A stretch of 54,431 bases of DNA, the filler included, from Streblomastix strix (lineage: Eukaryota): assembly GCA_008636045.1 (NCBI GenBank). It is 3 parts of 3 records of this genome, joined end to end, with 100 filler letters (N's around TTAATTAATTAA, not from the genome) between each part and the next. Parts side by side here need not be neighbours in the genome. Positions count along the whole stretch, not along the records: positions 1 to 18,078 come from SNRW01000640.1; positions 18,179 to 36,256 come from SNRW01000641.1; 1 more part is not named here. One strand, given 5' to 3'. The notes beneath the pieces were generated by a model. It made no database searches, had not been told where the DNA came from, and saw only the letters and a list, made by a program, of their open reading frames with translations. Positions 14,401-25,410 of the stretch are shown here, in pieces (the stretch's first letter is position 1; each line of letters begins with the position of its first letter). The translations under genes and the position numbers were made by a program.

Positions 14401-17400
14401 CACCATCAGAATATTCAATCAGATCATCATCAGAATAATCTATCAAATCACCATCAGAATCATCATTACACAATTATTCGTCGTATGAGAAACAATTTAT
14501 CCAAAAAGACGCACTTTTTTCCATTCAAATTTTGCAGTCTGATAATAGTTCAGAATTAAACAATTCATAAATTTCCTCCATTAATTAATTATAATCAATG
14601 AAATTACCTTCAATGAGTGGTTCTGATTTAGCATCGGTCTCTGGAATATATCTCAAACATCGCCCAAGAGATCTTGTACAAACAGGATCAGTATTCTGTC
14701 ATAAAGCTCGGCTAATTTGTTAAGCATATTCTCCAACACTAATTGTTGATGCTGAACAGCTCGGAATGGATTAAATTGGTGTTCTTGGGGATAGAGAAAT
14801 CCTTATCTATTAACTTGTTCCGAATCCGCTTTATAAGAAAATGATTCACAAAAGATTCATGAATAATTAGAACATAGATTAATAAACAAAAGATTTTGAA
14901 TATCTTCCAATATGTTGTGTTCTGAGTGTTCGTGTTCCAGCTTCACGTCACTACTCATTCTTGATTAAATTCAATGCAGGAGTAAATTCAATTTACGAAA
15001 GTTACCAATCAGAGAAAATAAGGAAAACATTTCGAGATTTGGAACAATTGAAGAATAGTATACTGAATTAAGCAGCAATTGATAATGATAATAATACATT
15101 AAAAAAGAAATCTAAAATGATTTAAATAAACAATTTTGAAGAATCAGAAGATGAAGTACTTCATGCTGATGATTTAAATGATGAATATTACATGCACAAA
15201 GCCAAACCCAATCAAAGTTTTTTTGATCTTCTTAACATTTCACCAAAAGGATCACTTCAAAACTTACCTGCAATTCCATCCTTTCTTGTGATTTCAAATA
15301 CTGGTGCCATCATTCGTTCTGTTCCTGCAAGCTATGATTTTCTGCCTGTCAAGGATGTTTTCTTATCATTGCACGTTTTTTCTATATACGACATGAAATT
15401 TGGGGATCTTTGGAGGCACCAATAAACAAAAATGCTTAGAGATTACTGGAATGTTGAAGAGCAGACTTTTCGACTGACATGCATTGAAGAAACATTACGT
15501 GAGTATGTTGCCACTGGTAAGATCGCTCGTAGACCACCGATTGCGTAGAGTGATTATTTACCTCCAATTTTCGGATTGCGTGATGGGAGGTTCTTCGAAT
15601 CATAAACATTCTTTGGAATATCCTAATTACCAATTACAACGAGTGCGACTAATTGGCGAGTATTAAATCTTCAGAATATACTTACAAGTCTAGAAATTAT
15701 GAAAGCTTATCAAACTTATTCAGTTTAGAGCCGATTAATTTGTCGAGAATCAATTCGCAGATTTATAAATAATTATAAAACATTGGGTTTGCCTGAGGGA
15801 AGAAAAGATGATATTGAAGAAAAAGATCATTATATTATTCTAATGAAGCTTATTTATTCATTTCTGCGATCTATTGGACGACCTGCATAAATGTTGCACT
15901 CTGACATTCCAAAAGATTTAATTCAAGGAGTCTAATATTTATTCAATCAATCTCGAGCGGGAATGCACCAATTAATGCTGGCTCTTAAATTTCCAGATGA
16001 AAAATTCATAAATAAAATTAAAAAGTAATTCTATAATGCTCCTGACTAAGAAAGAATTCTTGATCATCAGTTATGGATTAAATATCGAGATTTTATTCTT
16101 CTTGATGATATTGGCATTAAAAATGGATTTAATCCAATATTCAAAGAAAATCAACTAGTTTCCGGACCTTTTCCTGCAACTCTTGCATCAACACCAATAA
16201 AAATATCAAAGAAATCTAAACTTAAACCATCAGAATGTGCGCTTGACTTATATCATATATCTGAAAAGCTTCTTTTCAATAAAAATACCATTCATAATTT
16301 CGGTTTGAATCAGAAGCTGAATACTTTGTTCTAATCTTTAGTTACTATCAATAAAACGGTGCAGATGATTAGTAAGTCTAATTAAATGTACGAGAAAATA
16401 CATAACGAACCAACTGATGAAAAACATAGTTCAGATGAAGACAATGCATTTTTAAATAAATTCACTCAGTAATAAATACCAATGTTCATCTAATAATCTT
16501 CTGAAGTTTAGTAAGTTAATCAAATTTAGAAAGCAAAAGAGAAGTAATCAAAAAACGATCCTGTTATAAAATAAATTCAAAAACGCGTTCCACGAGAATT
16601 TGATAAAGCAATTCAGAAACAAAATGTTACTCCACAATTTGACTCTAAGTAATTAAATTCTCAAAGTAGTCATACTCATAAACATGACCATCATTCTCGC
16701 AAAAATAATTAATTTGAACGAAATTATCATGAAAAAGACAAACAGAATAAGTAATTGAAAGAAAAGGAGTTGTTTCGTAAGACCGAAAAGGAAAAGAAAA
16801 TCAGAAATGAAAATGATCACAAATACAAAAAATTAAAAGAAAAAGATATTATTTAAGATAAAACAAATAATAAAGATAAAAATTCAATCATAGTTCCAGA
16901 ATAAGAAAACAAACTTTTCACTTTCAATCCACAATTTGAAATGAATTATTAATTAGAATTACAAAATCAAAATACAACTCATCCTCTTCGGAAATTTGAA
17001 CTTCCTCCAATTGATGAAAATGATCAAGATTGGCAGCAAACTCAGTTTATTGACCCAGAAATGAGCTTAAGTGAAGACGCTTTAAAAGATTTCTCAGACA
17101 CAACAACTGAAACTGATAAGGATCAAACAAACAAAAGTTCACTATTCTTTGGGAAAAAATACGAATCGGTACTTCAGAGAGTTCAATTAACTTAACACTT
17201 CACTCATTACACAAAAAATCTTAAAGATAAAGATTGGGCTGAAAATATAGGAATAATGTAATAATAACCATAATAAACATAAATTGAAGAACAAGAAGAA
17301 GAAAATTTGACTTCAGATAAATAATAAATACAAATATAATCTGCTGTGATAATAAAACCATAACTGAGTATACCCATTAATTTTGAAGATATGCAAAATT

Positions 17401-17741
17401 TTACACAAATTCAGCAAAATCAGATAATTCCAATTGACCAAGAATCTCCATTATTGTTGTCTCCGAAAATAAATAATATCACAAAGATGGAAATTGAATA
17501 AGAATTTGAACTTCCTGGTTCTCCAACTTTCTATGCATCAAGCCATCAACCAATTTCAAATTTTCCTACAGTCAAATTGTCTTTATGTGAAAATATATTA
17601 CCTTATCGTTCATTAGATGATAGACTGATTAAAAACAAGCCAGGAGCTATTCCACTTATTGCTTCAAATGACGATGAAGAAGCTGAAATTGATGATACAT
17701 TTGAGATTGTTGATATTCAAGAAGAAAAAGATTTATATTGA
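5413..17741 (+). CDS. Giant DDB1/SF3B3(Rse1)/CPSF160-family triple beta-propeller protein (~3,980 aa) with large low-complexity insertions
   Basis: Exons 5413-5550, 5619-5734, 5856-6009 and 6198-17741 have compatible phases. DDB1-family motifs occur in the expected order: FYLETLALPSEIQSMVVGRF...LILAK; DCLFILS; RIVLGVGNGRTGALHTLGLG (~8885); FVQITTSDVRII (~9335); LLIAGANGQL; VYLYGDRAF; KLTFGTVDKRS..LPSLPLAVAY (~11070-11160); RIRFLGGVQGL. ORF-track fragments at 6039, 7311, 13149 and 15192 and the final TGA share one frame. Not every codon was checked for TGA. Confidence 0.8.
14395..14466 (+). repeat. 3 x 24-bp imperfect tandem repeat inside the giant gene (KSPSEYSI/RSSSEQSI/KSPSESS)
   Basis: Units are tcaaatcaccatcagaatattcaa / tcagatcatcatcagaataatcta / tcaaatcaccatcagaatcatcat. 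Confidence 0.8.
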
Positions 17742-18078
17742 ATATTTATGTTAATAATTCCATATTTGAGTGAAAGTTATTTTGTCTTATTTTTTGTTAA
17801 TTATTTCATTCAATTTTGAATTGTTTCCTTTATGAATTATGTAGAAACACAATCACTATTGAACAACAGTTTAATATACGTTTTTAATGGTTTTGTTTTT
17901 ATATCTGAGATAATTTTAATTTCGAATATGATTTAAAATAATTTGTTTTGTCATAATTTTACAAAGTCTTGACATTTAATATTAAATTTTATTCCTTCTT
18001 TCGAAATATTCTAAATATTTCAGATTAGAGTTTATTTGAAAGAACATTAATTTTTTCAATTCACATCTATAATTGCTA

Positions 18079-18178
18079 NNNNNNNNNNNNNNNNNNNNNN
18101 NNNNNNNNNNNNNNNNNNNNNNTTAATTAATTAANNNNNNNNNNNNNNNNNNNNNNNNNNNNNNNNNNNNNNNNNNNN
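18079..18178. other. Artificial contig spacer (N-run, TTAATTAATTAA, N-run)
   Basis: 100-nt N block with a central six-frame-stop linker at 18123-18134, identical to the one at 36257-36356. Confidence 0.98.
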
Positions 18179-18383
18179 TTTGAATCCATATTCAACTGAT
18201 ATAAATAAACGGATAATTAAGAATAAAACTAATTTAATTACTTTCTTACTATTTATTTAATATATGTTTTAATAATAGTTTGCTAATCAATTGTATATTG
18301 TATAAACCTCCATTGCAATATGATCGCCATCATTAAACCCTTCAACATTATTGTGATATCCTTCGATATGGAAAATCATACCT
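18179..18383 (-). CDS. Fragment of another SPRY/B30.2-like gene (runs off the contig end)
   Basis: The minus strand reads GMIFHIEGYHNNVEGFNDGDHIAME, then a GT-AG intron, then LNMDS. This resembles the SPRY exon of 41117-43064 (IALEVNMD). Upstream exons were not identified. Confidence 0.55.
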
Positions 18384-18614
18384 CTATATAATATAAAATA
18401 TGTATGCAGTTATGTACATACATATATTTATGGGCAACAATGATTAAAAATAAGAAGAAGAAATAAATATTATTAAGTTTGTGTTAATAAATTAATGTAT
18501 ATCAAACAGAATTTTTTAATAAATTATTTATTATTAATGAAATATTGGAATTACTTAAAAAAACTGTTACAGGTATTTTAAGATATAATTTTTTTTATAC
18601 ATCATCAAAACAAC

Positions 18615-18855
18615 TTGAGGATTCCAGAAATGCCTGCCCCACCTTCAAAAGCCCTGCCCCGATTTTGTTTTTGCCCCACTTTGTTAAAAAAATCAAAAAA
18701 TAAATAAAAAAAAATTTCTTCTAAGTATGATTATAAATTTTGTTAATAATATATTAAAAGTATTTTATTATTCACATTAATTAATATTTATATTGAGGAT
18801 GCCAAATTGCCACAGGGGGTAAAGTGGGGCAGGGCAAACCAGAAAAGTGGGGAAA
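18615..18855. repeat. GC-rich cluster of TGCCCC(AC) motifs and their inverted copies; possible transposon-end remnant
   Basis: Perfect inverted pairs: tgccccacttt (18672-18682) / aaagtggggca (18821-18831) and gccctgcccc (18651-18660) / ggggcagggc (18826-18835). Both blocks start with ttgaggat(t/g)cca (18615, 18793). Confidence 0.6.
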
Positions 18856-19817
18856 CTTAACTGTGAATAAAATACTGAAATAAAAAGAATTTTTTTTAAA
18901 TTTGTGTAAAAAAATATGAAGAAAAAAATGTGAGTTTATCTGTCTGCACTAACAATTGTTATTTAGTAGTTTATATAGTATAAAACTGCTTTATATTATC
19001 ATAATATGTATAAAAATAAATAGTATATAGTAATATTGTTTTGACTTGCTGCTTAACTTGAAATTTTGTTTTGAAATTTTTAATAAAATCGTTTTTGGTG
19101 TCTAATCAGGAATAATTTGTATTGAATTTCATTTAAAAATTCAAATTTTATGATATATAAAAGAATGTAAAATTATTTTGAATATATTATTGTGCATCTT
19201 TAGTAAAATGACTATATTTGATGGTAAACTACAACAATGATAAAAATATTATTAAAATATAAACAATAAAATGTGAATTATTAATTAAATATTTGGTTTT
19301 ACATTAAAAATTATTTTACAAGTACTAAAAGGTACAATTTATTTTATTCATCATCAAAACAATTTATAAGAATATTTTGCATGCTAAATTTATAATAAAA
19401 TTTACATGAAACACCTTATATTAGAAATTTCAAAAATATTTTAAAAAAATCCGTTTTTTGTGCCAATAAGATAATTAAAACTACTTTAGACTATAAAAAA
19501 GCAAATAATTATATTTTTATTGTTATTATCATTAATATATAACAATTTAATATAATGTCCTTTTATTTAAAAAGTCAATTTTACTTTTCTTATTTTCTCC
19601 ACATAAATACTATAAAATGGACTAATATATTTCTGAATTCATTATAATTTTACAATATTTGAATTTTTTTGTAAAATTTATAATAATTTATATTAGATTA
19701 AACAAAGAAATCACTTTTTTTTAAATAAATTCCAAATAAGTTCAATCAATAAGTAACAAATTCACAATTTAAATGTATTTATTTTCCTTTACTAACCAAA
19801 TTGTGTTTTTTATTAGG

Positions 19818-21410
19818 ATGAGTCAAACCAAACAATTGCATTAAATAATATAAGATATTCATTCAATTATTGAATCAAAAACAATAAATGATGAAGAGAA
19901 AGAAATGAAATTAAAAGGAATATTTTATGAATTGAAAATGAAAGATTAATATGAATTAAGAAAGGTATTTAATATTGATGCATTCAAATTAATTCATAAA
20001 TACATTAATGATTGTTGAATGGGAATAGAGAAGATATTATTAAATATAATTGAATTAGTTGCAGAAAATGGAATATAATAATAAAAAGATAATAATTCAT
20101 TTTTCAATTTATTTAATTAATCTGGACTCGTTACAAAGATTGAATAGATTATTAAAGATATGATTGAGAAAGAAAATGATTAGAAGTAATATTCTTTTGA
20201 ATTAGAACAATTAATAAGAATACTTTTATAAATAATGAAAGGAAAATAATCTGAAAATGTAGTGATTAATAATTGTACTAAAATTTTTGAAAAGAATACA
20301 AATAATTTATTAGATACAATCAATAAATTAAAAGAAGAAAATAATAAAGAAATTAATAATTAAATGAATAAAGAAGAAATTGAAAGTAAATTTAAATAAT
20401 CAGCTTAATTAATTAAAGTTATTTCGTTTATTAGAGAAAAAGATCCAATTAGTGAATATGATGATGATTATTTGTAGATAAAGATTCCAGATCAGATAAT
20501 AAAGATTATGGAAGAAAGAATATACCCACTGATTCATCTCAATTATCCATCAGATACCAATTGCTCATAATTCATCAACATTCTACAATCTCCTGCTTTA
20601 ATAGAATTGAAATCTTCAATATTCTTAACTCTCTATGAAATACCATGGAAAAATTAAGAAATCAAAAACAATGTATAAAATGACCATAGTATTATTCTCC
20701 ATCTTATTCATCCTATAATGTAGTTTGCCTCTTAATCTCAACATGATAAGGAAATTAATTCATTTAAAAAATAAATTTAATAATTTTAAGAATCTAAATA
20801 TTCTGAATCATTTATTATTTCATCTCTTAAATTCCTTTCAAATCTAATCAAATATTAAAATAATATATATAAAGAATTGATCAAAATTCCAAAAGCTCTT
20901 CAATCACTCTCAGCAATTTCATTATACAAATTCACTACAAATTTCAGTTAATAATATAATGAGTAAACATCAGCAATTAGAAGTAACAGTAGATATTGTC
21001 TTTGGTATATTTAATGGCATGGTGACTCATCTGCGCAGACTGAACTTGTTAATATAGGTTATGGAAGAGTAATGTCCAATTCAATTAGCACAGCAGGAGG
21101 CAATTGTGAAGAAAAAGGTGACGAGATCTAACGTTAATTGAATCGCATCACCTGGTTCTTTAAAAATCTTCATCAAGGTAGAAATGCTTATTAACCATCC
21201 TTCCAACCTCTTCCATTTCTTGCTCGAATTGCAAAATAACAAATAGAAGAAGAAGGAGCAAATGAAGAAGTAGAAGCTTAATTAGTTAATAAGGGTAAAG
21301 GATAATATAATAATATCAAGGATGAGGCAATCGAGGCAAAAAGAGAAATTCTGAACAATTTCATTCACAGCCACAATGCAAGACCATTCTGGTATAACTT
21401 TTAAGTTTGA
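19818..21410 (+). pseudogene. Member of lineage-specific helical family (STAGGxGEE / QIEEEGANEE motifs) with one in-frame TGA
   Basis: Intronless frame from ATG 19818 to TGA 21408-21410, with an in-frame TGA at 20016-20018 followed directly by ATG. The C-terminal ~190 aa (IKIPKALQSLS...YGRVMSNSISTAGGNCEE...SFQPLPFLAR...QIEEEGANEEVEAQ) match 27735-28412 and 31979-32665. Confidence 0.65.
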
Positions 21411-21547
21411 ATTATTTATTCCACATTTGTGCTGTACTTTTCATTATCATCATTCTAATAAACTAATGAACTAAAATATTATTATTGTTCGTTTTCTCTT
21501 CAATTAAGTAGCTCAGCGCTTTCTCTTGAGGGCATTTTATTTATCTT

Positions 21548-23039
21548 ATGCAGGTTGGGGATACAGGCACAATAACCAAAATCATTTCATTTGAAAAGGA
21601 TATCCAGCTGACAGAGGAGGAAAAAGCGCGTCTTATTTTTCATAGGTTTATCCATATTCATTAATTTAAATTTTTTATATTTACATTTTTTTAGTTTTAC
21701 AAACTTACTAAATGTCCTTCTCGGTATGATTGCCCTGCACACAGCTATTCAAAATAAATAAAATTTATTTTTATTTGTTGCGTTTTTGCGATTGTAGATG
21801 TTATTGGAAAGTGCCGTGTATGTCTTAATATGATAGATGGAGGCAGTTTGCATATTTTTTGGATAATATTTATTTTAACCTCTGATACACAGTATTTGAT
21901 GAAACGATGAAACTCATTTCAAGCATTGGAAAATCTTTAACATCGATTCCAGTATGCCATTATTAATTTAAAATAAATTTTGCATAATATTCTTTTGTTC
22001 ACACTGAAAGGACACTATCGCACAGTTGCATCGCCTGCCCTTCCTGAAAGAGAAAATAGTGGCCGAAATCAAGCAAGCCAAGCTCATATTCACCGAATTC
22101 GAGAAATCTCGCACGTCCTCTTCAAGCGCAGCAAAAAACATCTCAAAGCAGCTCTGGAAGGACATCCACTACATCGAACAGACTCTGCTGCCCATCTTCG
22201 ACATCCGAACCAAAGAACTGACTTAGCGTCTTTCATACCCAGATAATGCCTGGGTTATGTATCAGACCAAGACACTCCTGCGTAACATGCAGACGATCCT
22301 CATTGCTGTCGCTCAAGGATCCAGCAACGTCAGCGGCATCGCTTTCAGCGAGACTTAGAGGATTCATCCATCAGATATGGTTGTAGAAGCTGAATATAAA
22401 GGCCTTAATGAAGGGACCATACATTTCCCTCCTGTTTTCCAGGATGTAATGAGAGATCTGATCATGAATGCGAGGAAGTACTCATTTCCAGGAGGTGTGA
22501 TCAATGCTAAGATGATCAACGATGGATCAAAGCTGACTATTGAAGTAAAAGATCATGGTATGGGGATTGAAGAAGATGAGATACAGAATGTAATCGAATA
22601 CGGTGTTCGTGGATCCAATGCAGCGAACCGCAGAACACTCGGTGGCGGTTTTGGCTTAACAAAAGCGTACTACTTCTCTAAGCAGTTCAACGGCAGCTTC
22701 ACAGTCAAATCAGCTGTTGGTGTTGGGTCCACATTCACAATCACAATTCCATGTCCGACTTAATTCCACGTCATTCTCCCGATGAGCGAACAAGAAAGAC
22801 CAATATCAGCAGAGAGAACGATCATGTCTAACAGATTCGACCAGCAGAAATCTGCTCTAACAGCTGCACCGCACGATTCTGAGAAGCAGAAGTAGTATAT
22901 TGTGAAAAGATAGAGAGAAAGACTGAGGTAAAAACAGCTGATTTCTTTGCAGTCAATTTCAGATAGCAGTGCGAGTACTAGAGCGGAGGATTCTGCTGCT
23001 GCAGAGAGAGTAGAAATGAAGATGAATGGAAGCAAATGA
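21548..23039 (+). CDS. Bacterial-type histidine kinase (HATPase_c/GHKL), ~410 aa, with four spliceosomal introns
   Basis: Exons 21548-21645, 21695-21723, 21798-21815, 21893-21951 and 22011-23039 join in frame via GT-AG introns. N box PPVFQDVMRDLIMNARKYS, G1 box IEVKDHGMGI, G2 box GGGFGLTKAY, terminal KSAVGVGSTFTITIP. Candidate H-box EEEKARLIFHSFTNLLNVL. In-frame TAG/TAA are read as Gln. Confidence 0.85.
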
Positions 23040-23821
23040 TTATATTTTTGTGATATTTTACTTGTTAATTTGTTAGATATTATTAATTTAATCCTATATT
23101 TTCTTCTTTTCTTTTATATATTCAAATAGTATTTATTATTATTTCATACCTTCAGTGTTATTTAACATATAAGTTATTTGCTTTCATTCATATATTTCAA
23201 TTTTGAGAGATTCTCAGTATATAATTTTCTATATATTTAGAATGAATAGCATTTGAATTTAAAATATGTATGATTTTTAAACGCCTTATTCGTTTTATTA
23301 AAAATAATAAACTATTATAATCATTTATAATTATTCATTATAAAAAATTGTTTAAAATCATTTTTGATACTATGGAAACTGTTTTAAAAAAGGTTTAAAA
23401 AAAGGTTTATAGCAAAACATCTCTGAATATCAACTGTATGATGATTAAACTTTAAGATATTGAAATATATGTTCATTATAATATCATTGGTGTTATAACT
23501 ACACAATTACAATTTGAGTAGAAAGATCTCCATGTGTTTTTCTTTCTAGTCAACATTTTATAAATTGGAAATCAAATTTATGAAATAAAAATGTTTTATT
23601 ATAACATTTTAAAGAGAATATATTCATTTTATTGAAATTATCATGCCAAACAGCCAAAATAATATAGATTTATCAGTATTTGCGCTGTAAAACTCTTCAT
23701 AAGTAAAGAATGTTTCTATTTATTTAATTTAAATCAAACAAATAAATATATTCAGAGGAATATAACATTTAACGTTATTATTATTCTTCTTTTTATTTTT
23801 TTTTTCAGCATTTATTATTAA

Positions 23822-24436
23822 ATGAGCGTACTGAAGCCTGAAATTACATTTGTACCAATGCCAATGATTAAAATTGAGAAAAGAACTCGATATGATATAA
23901 TATTTCTTGGCCAAGAAGATATAAGTGCTCTAAAGAGCCCTGCAACGCTGAGTTTTATTGAATCCACCTCACGATATATTGTAAAGTTCATTTCATCTAT
24001 TCTATATTCGTAGGATAATTTGGAGCATTAATAGAAGAAGAAAACCGAACTGCTTTTTCTGAAGATCAAGAATTTCTTCTGTTATCTTCGCTAATTTGCA
24101 AGCATTACTGGATCTGAGCTAGTCTACACAACTTTTTTGGTCCAGAAACTTATTGAATCAGAAAATCAAGATTTTTGTGAGGATAAAAATATTATAACAA
24201 TCACAGATAAGAATATGGGCACAGTGCTTATATGTGCTGTTATACTTGCAATGAAGATGATACAAGATGTTGTCGAATACAAGAACTGCTGGTTTGCAAA
24301 AGCTTTTGGGATGAACCTGGATTTACTCAACTTGAGCGAAATAGCTTTCTTTAATCAACTCAATTTTAGTATAGCATTGGAAAGGAAACAGTTTATCAGA
24401 CTATACAGCTAGATCATATAAACTTCTGAGAGCTGA
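23822..24436 (+). CDS. PHO80/cyclin-P(U)-like cyclin (possible extra 5' exons from ATG 23643)
   Basis: Cyclin-box pattern ELVYTTFLVQKL...ITDKNMGTVLICAVILAMKMIQDV.EYKNCWFAKAFGMNLDLLNLSEIAFFNQLNFSI. The two ORF-track pieces join when TAR=Gln. Confidence 0.8.
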
Positions 24437-25410
24437 TATTAAATTGAATATCATCAGTACCATTACATTTGAGATGCATTATTATTACTTTCTCAAAGAT
24501 ATTTTATCATTAAGAATTTATTTTACATCTATTGATTAATTTCAATTTATTATTTAACTTTATTTATTAATTATTTAATTTACTATTACCTAATCAATAT
24601 GCATGAGTTTGAATTTTTCATTCTTATTATTGACATTACTACAAAAACTTCATATTTAACTTTTCTTTTTTATTTATCGTATTATGTTTTTGGCATTTTA
24701 TTGTTTGATAAATAAGATTCTTATTTCGATTTATATTTATTTCTCTTAATTACTATTTTTACCTAATATATATAAATATTAATTTTTATTTATTTATTGT
24801 TTTCTAACAATTCATTAAATCATTCATTAATTATGTTATTATTTAATAGCTTTTTTACCATCCAACTCATCAAACTTAGATTTTTTGTGACTTTTCGAGA
24901 TAATCTTAATAAATTATTTTCTTTTTAATCCGATCTTTTGATTTATACTAGAAGAAAAATTATAGGGTATTTTTTTAAAGTTAAATTTAGATGATATTTT
25001 AAGATAAGAATGCAACATATAAAATCAAGTTAACATATAAATGATAGTAACACGCGCATGCTATTTATAATTATGTATTTTAAGCATTTTTCTCCAATCC
25101 TTACGTATATATTACCACATGAATTTATTTTTTTCTAAAAATGTTTTTTTAGCAGCAAACTTATTACATTTAGATTGTCTTATATTTTCATTTAATTTAA
25201 CAACAAAATTTATAACTTATTATTATAATGGAACTATTTATATAAACTTATTTTTAAAGAAATATTAGGAGAAAAGAATATTTTTACAAAATGTAAAATT
25301 GCAATTTTTTATCGATTCACGAATTATTTTTCATTTTTTGTATTATATTTATATTATTTTATTGTAATAATTTATTTTCTTATATACGCACTTCTCAGAA
25401 ATCAAAACAC

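Noticed and set aside
14395..14466. 24-bp tandem repeats as a CRISPR-like array
   Set aside because: No unique spacers; this is a frame-preserving coding repeat in a eukaryotic gene.
18123..18134. Palindromic TTAATTAATTAA within N-runs (also 36301-36312)
   Set aside because: Artificial concatenation linker. The flanking contigs have near-identical lengths, as if length-sorted, so no linkage across the gaps should be inferred.
22011..23039. GC-richer kinase exon as bacterial contamination or a two-component operon
   Set aside because: It has in-frame TAG/TAA read as Gln, phase-compatible upstream GT-AG introns, host-type neighbours and no adjacent response regulator.
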